From Basidiobolus meristosporus CBS 931.73 (taxonomy: Eukaryota > Fungi > Basidiobolomycota): a stretch of DNA of 41,650 nucleotides. Location: assembly GCA_002104905.1 (NCBI GenBank), contig MCFE01000731.1, positions 1 to 41,650 of the forward strand. Reading direction: 5' to 3'. This document shows positions 22,538 through 34,470 of the stretch, in pieces. How positions within the stretch are numbered: position 1 is the first letter of the stretch; each line of letters opens with the position of its first letter. Below the pieces are notes generated by a model. It did no database searches and was not told the origin of the DNA. It saw only the letters and a program-made list of their open reading frames with translations. Made by a program: the position numbers and the translations under genes.

Positions 22538-25190
22538 ATCCTGTGGTGGATCCACTGTCCTCTAAATTTTGTCCCCAATCAATATCAGGGTATCACAAAA
22601 GATCCTGTAATGAGCTCCTACAAGTGTACCTCAAGTGTCTCAGCAGATCTATTTAGTTATCTAAAATCAGCATAAGTGCCACAATAACATTGGATATATA
22701 GTACTGATTGAGCTGGCACACAATTGCCACTGAATATACAATATTTGGGTATGTTCTAATCAGATATACATTGGGCTGCTAGCCATATATTGGTAAGTGA
22801 ATACTGGGCTTTCAGATGGCGCCAAGCCCTGTTGATTTGGTAGAATGTTGACCAAGATAAGATGTATCTCCACTGTAATAGCTGCTGATTCACAGTTTTT
22901 CTTTTGGTACTTCTTAAGTATTTCTTGAATGTACTTGAACTGGCTGAGAATAGTAGTCTGGGTTCCTCTGACTTTGGAGTATGTTTTCCTTACAAATTAA
23001 CTGAGCTCTCCTAGATTGGACATTCTGAACTCCTTAAATTGGATGAATTTATTCACCTCTGATTTTTCTTGCTTATTGGTGGCTATAATAAGATTAGACA
23101 TATATAGAGCTAGTAAAACTGGAATCTCACTATCTATTGTACAGTAGATACTATGGTCAGAATCACTACTCTGAATACTAAAAGATTATAAATAGGGATC
23201 TATCTTGCAATTTGAAGCTCTTGGTGATTATAAGATACCATATTGAGATTTTTTAAGTTTGCAGATCTGATAAGGGTTATCTTGGTCAAAGAACTCATCA
23301 GGCTGGTTCATGTTTACTTCCTTATGATGTTTATCACTCAAAAATGCTGCTTATACATCTATTTGACACATTTACAACTTTGACTTGGCTTCAGTAGGCA
23401 ATATCAATCTGATGGAATTCAATTTGACTACTAGTCAAAGATATTGGTGTGGCCCAGTCCAATTGATTGAGAGTACCCTTTTGTCACAGGCCTTGCTTTG
23501 TATCCTTCAGTTGTACCATCAGCCTTAATTTGTCTTGAAGACCCATCTGCATACAGCTGATTTTTAGTTGACTGATAATTTAACACAGCCCAAAATTTAA
23601 TTATCTGTTGGGACCAGATATTTCTCAGTCATTGCAGATCTTCAAAACCTTCTCTGAGGGCTATTGCAGGCCTCCTTTACAGTCTGGGGCCCATCACTAT
23701 ATACTGAAGAGGCATAGGCCAAGTCTGGACCCTTATTGATTTAGTAATTTGGGCTATATGAAATCCAGCTGAATATCCTGCCTTGTGAAACTCTAAAGAT
23801 CACCTCTGGGATATTTCTGAGCACTGGTTTGGACTGAAATCTAGTTGAAGAGTCCTCTGGAGTGAAAAGATTCCCATTGCTTTGCTCCAATTCAATTGGA
23901 ACTACTGGTGGATATGAGATTGAATTTCTGTTATCATCAAATAACATCTTGTGTGAAGATATTGAGTTTTACTAGACAACACATCCCTGGATCTGCTCAG
24001 CCTTTTTGCTTTGGCACTGTGGTGAATGTACACCTTACTACCATCTAAATAACCCAAAGGATGCATTTTAAACTTTTTAATGCATATTTTGGCCAATTTC
24101 CAGACAGTCTCTAAGCATATGATGAGCAGTCAACTGTTCCAAAGAGCTTTGCACTTGGTATGTAGCCATACCATGCCTTAGATGGAGTAGAATCACAACG
24201 TATGACACTATAATCCCAATTGTTAAGACATACAGCTGTGGCAAGTGATTTCTCTCAGAAATCTGAGGATAATAGCTGATCTCAGATCTTGCTGTATAGG
24301 TTATTTATCTGTGGGAATGCTCTGACACTGCAATATACTGTGTGGAGTATGGTACAGTAGTCTCTTGCTTCATCCCATGAGCTTTGCATAAGTGGATGAG
24401 CAGTTCTGAGATATATTTTCTGCCAATGCCTGAGTGTACTTTCCTAATTTATTTCTCCAGTTTCTCTCTCCACCATGCCTTTGAGCTCCCAAAGCTTAGA
24501 CAGAGCTTCTTCCTTTACTTCCATGCAAGAGACCTGCATGTATCTTGCATAATCATAATAAATGTGATTAAACATTCCATTCTGCCAAATATTATATTTT
24601 GCATAGGTCTATGCATATCAGAGCATTTTAGATCTAATGTTTTCTTAGTTTTGACTGACCCATGGCTCTCCAATGGCTATCTGGCCTGTTTCCCCTATAT
24701 GACAGCCTCACAATGCTCCTAACTGGCTGGGGGTAATCTGATCTTTAATTGTTTTGCACAAATATTCATAGCAATGTGTCCAAATGTCCTGTACCAAGGC
24801 TTTGGTGTTACTTCATTTAAGTAACTTACATCAACTTGCAGATACAATAAAGATGAGCCAGCATGTATGGATTCCAGCTTCTAATACCTAGAGCAATGTG
24901 GGCAACTCTTGTTTGTGTGCATATTTAGTTCAGATATGTATAGTCTACTGGTGGCTGATAATGCCTTCCAGGCATTCATTGTAATTTGCTGTTGCACAAT
25001 GGACTAGCAATTTGTCTTTATTGTTGGGCAAATGCAGTTAACAGCACTTTGTTCTTTCTCCTGGTACTTTAAGGCCTATGCTCCTACAGTTCTAGGAGGG
25101 CATTCTTTTCCCATAACAATGTCCCAAAGGCCTCTTTCCTGTAGCAGCATATTCATCTTCACCATCCAGACTTGATGTTAGATCCAGAAT
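22538..25190 (-). mobile_element. Truncated, internally deleted Ty1/Copia element (same family as 36695-41110), no LTRs recognised
   Basis: The reverse complement aligns with the gag start (VWMVKMNMLLQERGLWDI), integrase, RT and the start of RNase H of the intact-structure element. Many stops. Confidence 0.9.
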
Positions 25191-25609
25191 GGCATTCCTT
25201 TCACCAGAATCACCATTGCAGCTCTGCTGTCACCTCCAGTACCAACTTCTCTACATATAGATTATGCAATTACTGAAATGATTTCCACTTTGTCAACCAC
25301 TCATGCCTGCCTTGCTGTTAAAGCACCATTCTGGTTCCCTTATTGCAACTCCATACATTTATCTACAAAGATAGTAGTTACCCTCAGATATGTGCAGTTA
25401 ATAAACTATACAGGTTATCAACATCTTGAAAGGTACCCAACATACATAATTGGGGATAACCCTTACCCTCTTATATATATTCACTACTACATAGGTTGGC
25501 TGATAAGCTGTGAAGCACAATCCGTCTGTAATGATGATGATGAAGTAGAACATATATACGTATATACCTCATTTGTCACTAAAAGCCTGAGGATGGGATG
25601 AGTATTTTA

Positions 25610-25979
25610 TTATTGACAGAGTAGGAATCTTGGTTTTGCATATATACAATAATATCTGCGGAGGCGTCGTTCACAACAAATACACGATGGTTGATCATAA
25701 TCGCCCTCATCTGGGATAGGTGGCTGAATGTATGTAGGCGTAGATGGTTGGAACAACGTCTGATCTACTAGCTGCACTTGGGAGTATTGATTCGAGTTGG
25801 AGAGAGCTTGGGCATCTTGCGCAGAGTTAGCCTGGATGCTGTCCAGCAACGGTGAGGCATCTGGGACATCCGATGGGTAGTCTGTCGATGAATATGATTC
25901 AAGGTATGGTGTCTGGTTGTTGTATGTATCGATGGGCCAAGAATACCATGGTGGATAGAATGTAGGTATTGTGGTGCAT
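25610..25979 (-). pseudogene. Family C pseudogene (20-nt frameshifting deletion after the signal peptide start)
   Basis: Relative to 33277-33657 it lacks cggtgcatcctatgcatctc (20 nt) and ttcaactga (9 nt). The downstream frame retains LLDSIQANSAQDAQALSNSNQYSQVQLVDQTLFQP. Confidence 0.85.
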
Positions 25980-26386
25980 ATTGGTACTTAGTGATACTCG
26001 ACAATTACTTTTATCCATACTTTTATACATGATAGGCATGATTGATCAACGATTGTCAGCTACCAAAGTACAGTATACTAAATTATTTAGCCAAAGTTAA
26101 TCATCATTTTATTCAGAACAACTAAATGAAGAGGCGATTATCATTGGTTTGCATGACGAAAAATAAATAAACATCAATTGCCAATTGGCATCCAAGATTG
26201 GCATTCATAAGTATTGTTCTTATGTAGCCTAATATCTAGCTTTGTCAATATTACGGGATAAAATCTATGGATATTTGACCCATTGGTCAATACTTTGCTG
26301 AGCTAGATATAGGATTTAGCATAACAAATTATGCCAACTACGGTTATAAAATGAGCCTGTGAATAGTGCTACACTGCTCATCAAGA
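25980..26386. promoter_or_regulatory. Head-to-head (bidirectional) promoter module between C(-) and B(+)
   Basis: TATAAAA on minus at ~26021-26027, TATAAA on plus at ~26345, and CCAAT/ATTGG boxes at ~26180-26205. The core ccaaagttaatcatca...agaacaactaaa recurs at 26091, 29237, 30861, 33769 and 34848. Confidence 0.6.
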
Positions 26387-26968
26387 ATGCAACTCATTAT
26401 CGCTTTATTGGCCTTCTACATTGCCTCCATCCAGGCAATCCCTGTTGCAATAGATGAAGCTTCTCAGGTCAGCTATGGTAACAATTCATGTGGGGAGCAA
26501 GTAAGCCCCTGTTACCAAGAAGCTCAATCCCCCGGATACGACTATCAACCAGAACAGGATGACGGTAGCGAGGAAGATTTCGATATGACTGAGGGCGAAG
26601 GCAAAGGTGAAGGTGAAGGCGAAGGCGGAGACTCAATGGAAGACACTACCACCCAGCCAGAGTTATCGTATAGTGCTGAGTCGGGTATTCCTGACTTCAA
26701 TATAGCTGACATACAGCCACGACAGGCCTTGTTGGACAAAGTAAATACTCACTCCTCCAATAAGGCTGATGCACTATCAAACTCCAATCAGTTTGACCAG
26801 GCCCAGGTCATCGACCAGACCCTCTATCAACCCAAGCAGCAGCAACACCAAATTATCATTACTCAGCCAGCGCCTCGTAGCTATGGTGGCAGCAGAAAGA
26901 AGTACAAGAGGTCAGCCCACAAGGATTTTAAGATCAGATATTTCAGCGGGAACAGATACTTGGATTAA
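26387..26968 (+). CDS. Family B secreted protein (divergent subtype B'), 193 aa
   Basis: MQLIIALLAFYIASIQA signal; SCGEQVSPCYQ; EG-rich acidic tract; LLDKVNTHSSNKADALSNSNQFDQAQVIDQTLYQPKQQQ; basic tail ending KIRYFSGNRYLD. Confidence 0.85.
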   Translation: MQLIIALLAFYIASIQAIPVAIDEASQVSYGNNSCGEQVSPCYQEAQSPGYDYQPEQDDGSEEDFDMTEGEGKGEGEGEGGDSMEDTTTQPELSYSAESGIPDFNIADIQPRQALLDKVNTHSSNKADALSNSNQFDQAQVIDQTLYQPKQQQHQIIITQPAPRSYGGSRKKYKRSAHKDFKIRYFSGNRYLD

Positions 26969-27869
26969 TATTACGAATAAATATCCCATTTGAAGTCATT
27001 GAAACATCAGCAGCCTTAGTGTGAAAACTGCTATACCACAGGTATTAACAATGGTTGCTACTAGCCTTGTTCAAAACCGCAACTTTAATTGAGTTTTTGC
27101 ATATAAATTCTTGATAAGCACTATTTTTTAACTTTTTGAATTTCCAGTAAGAACGCTTCTTTTGCCCCTAATATCGCTCAAAGTCACAGTCTGCCCATCT
27201 ACAGAGCCAGTAGATAAACTCAGGGAAGTGTTGGAGAGTGTCATTGAGGAAGCAAAACGCGATATGACTCATACTACGAGTTGTCAAGCGAGCGCTCGAA
27301 GCGTGCACACAGGAATGGCACTGTTCTTACGTAGATCATTATCTCATTGTCAGTTTGCAGAAATATCTTTCATCATAAATAATACCTTCGATTTTTTATC
27401 CCCAAAATTGTGGGTCTAATTATGAAAATTTTCCTCACTTCTTCTGTGGTAAATATAGCGCTACACCCTCTAGGCAACGGTAAGACTGTATATAGTACAT
27501 TCCCAGTTGCTAGTTGAGTTATAGTGAGCAGTGACTGATCGGTCCTTCGGGATTAAAGGTTGTATTCGGTTGATGAACTTGCCGGTGATTATTTCAACAG
27601 CCTGGCGAGGACGGCCCGCTCATTCTGAGAGGTTGCTAATTGATACACAGGCTAAAATAAACCATTTGATGGAAAGTATGCTTAATACAAGCAAATGAAC
27701 GAAACCTCAACAAACTCCATATAGATATAGATATATAAGCACTACCTAGCAGTTTGTTTGTAATCTATTAGTAGTGTATGGGAACCATGGGTATCCAAAC
27801 CATACTATATAACTTGCTGTGCTATATATTCATCAGTGCACTTCCGTGTGAACGGAACTATTCGACAAG

Positions 27870-28406
27870 ATGCGTTTTGCTACAGCAGCAGTGATTTTGG
27901 CCCTCGCTTCTCTTCAACTGGCGGTTGCTGCCCCAATCGGTTGCTCTTCCCCTTGTACCAGTGAGTATAAAAGGGCTCATTATCGTAGCTCACCATGTGC
28001 ACAGTATGCGGAAGGCTGCTATCAGAATGTCCAAGTGTTGCCAACCATCAAGACAACAAATATCCAAGCCCCATTGTTACGTCAGGTGTTCACTACTGTT
28101 ACCAGAAAACACGACAATCTGAACACTGCAAATGCCAGCAGTGATAAACGCTTCAACGTGGAGTACCAAGCAGGCCCCAGTCTCGAAGCAGAGGGCTCAG
28201 CTAGCGCATTAGAATACGCCAAGCAGAAGGAAGCTGAGCACTCGGATGACAGTTATTCGAATCCCTATGTCTTTATGCAGCCCACCCATGATGTGCAATA
28301 CTCAGAACCCATGGTTGAGACCCAATGCGTCTCAGACTGTCCTGAGCAAAATGAACAATATACAGAGCCTACGGAGAATACCGAGTGTGCTGATAATTGC
28401 GCTTGA
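27870..28406 (+). CDS. Family A secreted protein, 178 aa
   Basis: MRFATAAVILALASLQLAVA signal; CSSPC, PCAQYAEGCYQ, family A core and two C-terminal C-x3-C repeats. Confidence 0.88.
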   Translation: MRFATAAVILALASLQLAVAAPIGCSSPCTSEYKRAHYRSSPCAQYAEGCYQNVQVLPTIKTTNIQAPLLRQVFTTVTRKHDNLNTANASSDKRFNVEYQAGPSLEAEGSASALEYAKQKEAEHSDDSYSNPYVFMQPTHDVQYSEPMVETQCVSDCPEQNEQYTEPTENTECADNCA

Positions 28407-28764
28407 AGTAGCCTAATAAAGCTTACCTACTCTTTCTTTCAACCATGAAGAAATAGGAAATTTACTAGAAACAGTATGAATAGTATGATGCCAAGGGAGC
28501 AATACACCAATTAATGGGCACATATACCCGGGCTTAAATCTAACCCTCCCATAAATATTCACTTCATATGATGGCTGATAAGCAGGGAGGCATAATCCGT
28601 CTGTAATGATGGTGATGGAGTAGAACATATATACGTATATACCTCTTTTCTGACTAAAAGCCTGCGGAAGGGATGAATATTTACACAATGCATATCTCTC
28701 CATGTACTCTGGTTTCCCTATTTTATTATTAACAGCGTAGGAATCTCAGTGCTCCATGTTTACA

Positions 28765-29116
28765 TTAATATCTGTAGCGGCGTCGTTCACAACGACTACA
28801 CGATGGTTGATCATAATCATCACTTTGGTATTTGTCTTCGTCCTCATCTGGGATCGGTGATTGCACATATGTGGGCGTAGATGGTTGGAATAACGTCTGA
28901 TCCACCAACTGCACCTGGCCATATTGATTTGAGTTGGAGAGAGCTTGGGCATCCTGCGCAGAGTTAGCCTGGATGCTGTCCAGCAACGGAGAGGCATCTG
29001 GGACATCCGATGGGTAGTCTGTCGATGAATATGATTCAAGGTATGGTGTCTGGTTGTTGTATGTATCGATGGGCCAAGAATACTATGGTGGATAGAATGT
29101 AGGTATTGTAATGCAT
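28765..29116 (-). pseudogene. Family C pseudogene (same 20-nt and 9-nt deletions as the 25610-25979 copy)
   Basis: The 3' part is near-identical to the intact 33277 copy (PDEDEDKYQSDDYDQPSCSRCERRRYRY); the 5' part is frameshifted. Confidence 0.85.
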
Positions 29117-29883
29117 TTTGGTGCTTAGTGATACTCGACAATTACTTTTATCCACACTTTTATACATGATATACATGATAGGCATGATTCATCAATGATC
29201 ATCAGCTACCCAAGCACAGCTTACTAAATTATTTAGCCAAAGTTAATCATCATTCTATTCAGAACAACTAAATGATGAGTTGATTATCATCTCACATTCA
29301 TATCACAATCAATAGTGAAATCAATGGTGTTAATCAGTGACCAAGTTAGCCTACCATTGGGCTGCATGACGAAAAATATGTAAATATTAATTGACCAATC
29401 GGCATTCAACATTGGCATTCAATATCAGGTTTGTACTAGCAAATATCGAACCTCAAGTCTTCAACTAGGCGAGACCACTCGTGATAACTACGATTGTTTA
29501 TTTATCGTATTTACGAACCAAGTATTGTTCTTACAAAGATTATATGATATCTAGCTTTGTTAATATTACGGAATAAAATCTATGGATATATGAGCCTTGC
29601 TTTCCTGAGTTAGGTAATTATCAATTGATAGCGAGAATGCTACTTGTTGTTGCTTGGCTGGTTTTATGCGTTCCTACTATCCAAGTGACTCCTGGTTACG
29701 TTGAGATCATTTGAGCGGATATCAATAGCGTTCTTATTACCTATCCTTCATCTATCACAGCTATCTATTAAAATGTGAATACATCAACGTAGTTATGCTC
29801 ATCAATATCCAAGCCTTGATATATAGTCAAACGCACTATATATGAAAGATTGTATGAGGCAAAATACTCATTCGTCCTTCAAG

Positions 29884-30438
29884 ATGCGTGCAACTACTAT
29901 TATGATGATTTTGGCCCTTGTGTCTCTTCAGACCACCATCGCAGCCCCAGTCCCATGCTCTTCATGTTCCCGCAAGTATAGAAGAGTCCGTCAACGTAGC
30001 TCACGATGCTCTGACCAAGAAAGCAACTGCCACTCGAGTAACCAAGTTCAACCGATTGTTGAAGTGCCAAATGTCCAAGCCCCATTATTGCGACAGGTGT
30101 TCACTACCGTTACAAGGAAAAATGACAATCTCAACACTGCTAATGCGAATAGTGACAAGAGCCTTAATGTGAACTATCAGGCTGGCCCCAGCCTTGAGGC
30201 AGAAGGTGAAGCAATTGCCACTGAGTTTGCTAAACAGAAGGGGGACTCTTCCTCTGCAGATGATTCATCATATCCCGTGGTTGTGGTTCAGCCCTCGCAA
30301 GACGTTCAGTATGCAACACCAGTAGTGGATACTCAATGTATTGAAGGTTGCTCAGGCCAGGATGTACAGTACATGGAACCCCTGGCAGATGCATCATGTG
30401 GTGACAATTGTGCTGATCAGTTAACTGAGCCTATGTAA
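29884..30438 (+). CDS. Family A secreted protein (divergent subtype A'), 184 aa
   Basis: MRATTIMMILALVSLQTTIA signal; PCSSCSRKYRRVRQR; PLLRQVFTTVTRKNDNLNTANANSDKSLNVNYQAGPSLEAEG. TATATA at ~29836. Confidence 0.87.
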   Translation: MRATTIMMILALVSLQTTIAAPVPCSSCSRKYRRVRQRSSRCSDQESNCHSSNQVQPIVEVPNVQAPLLRQVFTTVTRKNDNLNTANANSDKSLNVNYQAGPSLEAEGEAIATEFAKQKGDSSSADDSSYPVVVVQPSQDVQYATPVVDTQCIEGCSGQDVQYMEPLADASCGDNCADQLTEPM

Positions 30439-31343
30439 GACACTCTGTAGTTGATCAATAAACCTCATTGATTCATATATAAGCGATCAGAAGTAGGCAC
30501 GTTACCTCTGTACTGTAACTGGAGCCTCCATTCGAGTATGTGCAATTGCCACTATGGGTGCTTCATGCTGACATGAACAACAGTGCAATTGCAACATGGT
30601 TTGTTCAATCGTAGAGTTAGTGAGGGGAGCGTACAGAGCTGCGTACTAATCAACACATATACCTTAGTGTTTATAGACCAACTAATGGGGAAAGTAGCAC
30701 ATATGGAGATAGCCTTATTTACTTAGAAATCAGATGCATAGAACACACCAACCAAGAATGTAGGCATTGTAGTATATCTCGGCGCTTAGTGATGATCGTT
30801 TATCCATACATGACTCATCAACAATCCTCGCTACCTAATACAGTTTACTAAATTATCTAGCCAAAGTTAATCATCAATTTGTTTAGAACAACTAAATGAA
30901 GAGCCGATTATCATTTCATATGCATTTCACATTCAATAGTAAAATCAGTGGTACTGATCAGCGGCCAACTTAGCCAATCATTGGGTTGCATAACGAAAGA
31001 TAAATAAACATTAATTGACCAATTGGTATTCTAGATTGGCATTCAATATCAGGTTTGTACTTGTAAATATCGAACCTCAAGTCTTCAACTAGCCGAAACC
31101 ACTCCTGATTATAAAATAAGTCTGTAAGTATGATTTTTTAGACGTATTGGCGCATCAATTTATCTTATTTACGAGCCAAGTATTGTTCTTACATAGATTA
31201 CATAAAATTTAGCTTTGTCGATATTACGGGATAAAATCTATGATGTTTGAGCCATTGTCCAATACTTTGCTGAGCTAGATATAGAGTTTAGCAACTACGG
31301 TTATAAAGTGAGCTTGTGACTGGTGCTACACTGCTCATCAAGA

Positions 31344-31419
31344 ATGCAACTCGCTATTGCTTTACTGGCCTAAGTACTCTAAGATCAGATATTTCAGTGG
31401 GAACAGATACTTGGATTAA
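31344..31419 (+). pseudogene. Family B' pseudogene with almost the whole CDS deleted
   Basis: atgcaactcgctattgctttactggcc is joined, via a few nt, to aagatcagatatttcagtgggaacagatacttggattaa. The flanks match those of the 26387 gene. Confidence 0.85.
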
Positions 31420-32393
31420 TATTACGAATAAATATCCCATTTGAAGTCACTGAAACATCAGCAGCCTTAGTGTGTGAACTGCTATACTACAGGTATTAAC
31501 AATGGTTGCTACTAGTCGTATTCTATAATATACATGAATCGCAACTATATTTTACCCTTTATGAATTTCCACGCTCCTTTTCTCTCTTGCAAACTTGTAT
31601 ATGAGGCAATTCCTATGCTCTGATGTAAATATCACTCACAGTAACAGTCTGCCAATCTACAGAGCCAGTAGATAAACTCAGGGAAGTGTTGGAGAGTGTC
31701 ATTGAGGAAGTAAAAAGCGATATGACTCATACTACGAGTTGTCAAGCGAGCGCTCGAAGCGTGCACACAGGAATGGCACCGTTCTTACGTAGATCATTAT
31801 TTCATTGTCAAGTTGAAGGGATATCTTTCATTATAAATAATACCTTCAATTTTTTATCCCCAAAATTGTGGGTCTAATTGTGAAAATTTTCCTCATTTCT
31901 TCGGTTATACACATAGCGCTACACCCTCTAGGGAGCGATAAGACTGTATATAGTACATTCCCAGTTACTAGTTGAGTCCTAGTGAGAAGTGACTGATCGG
32001 TCCTTCGGGACTAAAGGTTTTATGCAGTTGATGATTGATTATTTCAGCAACCTGGAGAGGACGGCCTGTTCACTCTGACAGCTTGTTTATTAATATTCAA
32101 ACTAAACTAATCCATTTGATGGAGAGTATGCTCAATGCAAACAAATGAATGTCTAAACTACTGGAGACTGATAAAACTACTATAGCCTATACAAGTGAGT
32201 ATGTTATTTCACTTGCTGGATAACTCAACCTCAATAAACTCCATATAGATATAGCTATATAAGCACTACCTAGCAGTCTGTTTGTAATCTATTAGTAGTG
32301 TATGGGAACCATGGGTATCCAAACTATACTATATAACTTGTTGCGCTATATATTCATCAGTGTACTTCCGTGTGAACGGAATTATTCAACAAG

Positions 32394-32930
32394 ATGCGTT
32401 TTACTACAGCAGCAGTGATTTTGGCCCTCGCTTCTCTTCAACTGGCAGGTGCTGCTCCAATCGGTTGCTCCTCTCCTTGTACCAGCGAGTATAAAAGGGT
32501 TCATTATCGTAGCTCACCATGTGCACAGTATGCGGAAGGCTGCTATCAGAATGTCCAAGTTTTACCCACCATCAAGACAACAAATATCCAAGCCCCATTG
32601 TTACGTCAGGTGTTCACTACAGTTACCAGAAAACACGACAATCTGAACACTGCAAATGCCAACAGTGATAAAGGCTTCAACGCGAAGTACCAAGCAGGCC
32701 CCAGTCTCGAAGCAGAGGGCTCAGCTAGCGCATTAGAATACGCCAAGCAGAAGGAAGCCGAGCACTCGGATGACAGTTATTCGAATCCCTATGTCTTTAT
32801 GCAGCCCACCCATGATGTGCAATACTCAGAGCCCATGGTTGAGACCCAATGCGTCTCAGACTGTCCTGAGCAAAATGAGCAATATACAGAGCCTATGGAG
32901 AATACCGAGTGTGCTGATAATTGCGCTTGA
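32394..32930 (+). CDS. Family A secreted protein, 178 aa (recent duplicate of 27870)
   Basis: Near-identical to 27870-28406; intact ORF with a signal peptide. Confidence 0.88.
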   Translation: MRFTTAAVILALASLQLAGAAPIGCSSPCTSEYKRVHYRSSPCAQYAEGCYQNVQVLPTIKTTNIQAPLLRQVFTTVTRKHDNLNTANANSDKGFNAKYQAGPSLEAEGSASALEYAKQKEAEHSDDSYSNPYVFMQPTHDVQYSEPMVETQCVSDCPEQNEQYTEPMENTECADNCA

Positions 32931-33276
32931 AGTAGCCTAATAAAGCTTACATACTCTTTCTTTCAACCATGAAGAAATAGGAAATTTACTAGAAACAATA
33001 TGAATAGTATGATGCCAAGGGAGCAATACACCAATTAATGGGCATATATACCCGGGCTTAAATCTCACCCTCCCATAAATATTCACCTCATATGATGGCA
33101 TAATCCGTCTTTAATTATGGCGATGGAGTAGAACATAGATATATACATTTATGCCTCTTTTCTCACTAAAAGCCTGCGGAAGGGATGAATATTTACACAA
33201 TGCATATCTCTCCATGTACTCTGGTTTCCCTATTTTATTGTTAACAGCGTAGGAATCTCAGTGCTCCATGTTTACA

Positions 33277-33657
33277 TTAATATCTGTAGCGGCGTCGTTC
33301 ACAACGACTACACGATGGTTGATCATAATCATCACTTTCGTATTTGTCTTCGTCCTCATCTGGGATCGGTGATTGCACATATGTAGGCGTAGATGGTTGG
33401 AATAACGTCTGATCCACCAACTGCACCTGGTCATATTGATTTGAGTTGGAGAGAGCTTGGGCATCTTGCGCAGAGTTAGCCTGGATGCTGTCCAGCAACG
33501 GTGAGGCATCTGGGACATCCGATGGGTAGTCTGTCGATGAATATGATTCAGTTGAATCAAGGTATGGCGTCTGGCTGTTGTATGCATCGATGGGAGATGC
33601 ATAGGATGCACCGGCCAAGAATACTATGGTGGATAGAATGTAGGTATTGTAATGCAT
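33277..33657 (-). CDS. Family C secreted protein, 126 aa (only intact C copy)
   Basis: MHYNTYILSTIVFLAGASYA signal; PLLDSIQANSAQDAQALSNSNQYDQVQLVDQTLFQP; acidic tract; C-terminal CSRCERRRYRY. The ORF track starts 20 codons upstream. Confidence 0.85.
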   Translation of the reverse strand: MHYNTYILSTIVFLAGASYASPIDAYNSQTPYLDSTESYSSTDYPSDVPDASPLLDSIQANSAQDAQALSNSNQYDQVQLVDQTLFQPSTPTYVQSPIPDEDEDKYESDDYDQPSCSRCERRRYRY

Positions 33658-34221
33658 ATTGGTGCTTAGTGATACTCGACAATTACTTTTATCCATACTT
33701 TTATACATGATAGGCATGATTGATCAACGATTATCAGCTACCCAAGCACAGCTTACTAAATTATTTAGCCAAAGTTAATCATCATTTTATTCAGAACAAC
33801 TAAATGAAGAGGCGATTATCATTTCACATGCATTTCACATACATTTCACATTCAATAGTGAAACCAGTGTTGTTGATCAGCGACCAAGTCAACCAATCAT
33901 TGGGTTGCATGACGAAAAATAAATAAGCATCAATTGACCAATTGGCATTCAAGATTGGCATTCAATATTGGGTTGGTCCTAGCAAATATCGAACCTCAAG
34001 TCTTCAACTAGGCGAGACCACTCGTGATTATAAAATCAGTCTATAAGTATGATTTACACTATACGTGTTAGCGTATTTATTTCTCGTATCCATGAGCTAA
34101 GTATTGTTTTTACATGGATTACATAATATCTAGCTTTGTCAATATTACAGGATATAGGAGCCATTAGTCGATACTTTGCTGAGTTAGATATAGGATTTAC
34201 TGTTATGCAGTTCTAGAGTTC

Positions 34222-34470
34222 TAACCAGAACAGGATGAGGGCGAAGGTGAAGGTGAAGGCAGAGACTGAATGGACGGCACTACCACTCAGCTAGAGTCAC
34301 GTGTTCCTGACTTCAAGACAAAGTCAAAGCTCACTCATCCGAGTCACCCAACCAACAACGCGGATGCACCCTCTCAGTCCAATCAGTTTGACCAAACCCT
34401 CTACCAGCAAAGCAGCAACAATCCCAAATTACCATCACTCAGCCAGAAACCGCTAGCTATGGTGGTAACA
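34222..34470 (+). pseudogene. Family B' internal fragment
   Basis: accagaacaggatga...gaaggtgaaggc...tccaatcagtttgacca...atcactcagccag...tagctatggtgg aligns with 26550-26890, with deletions. Confidence 0.75.

Noticed and set aside
27162-27419. Duplicated ORFs MPLISLK... (27162) and 31686
   Set aside because: Non-ATG starts, and the frame is not preserved in the third copy (12110-12250). The similarity reflects duplicated non-coding DNA.
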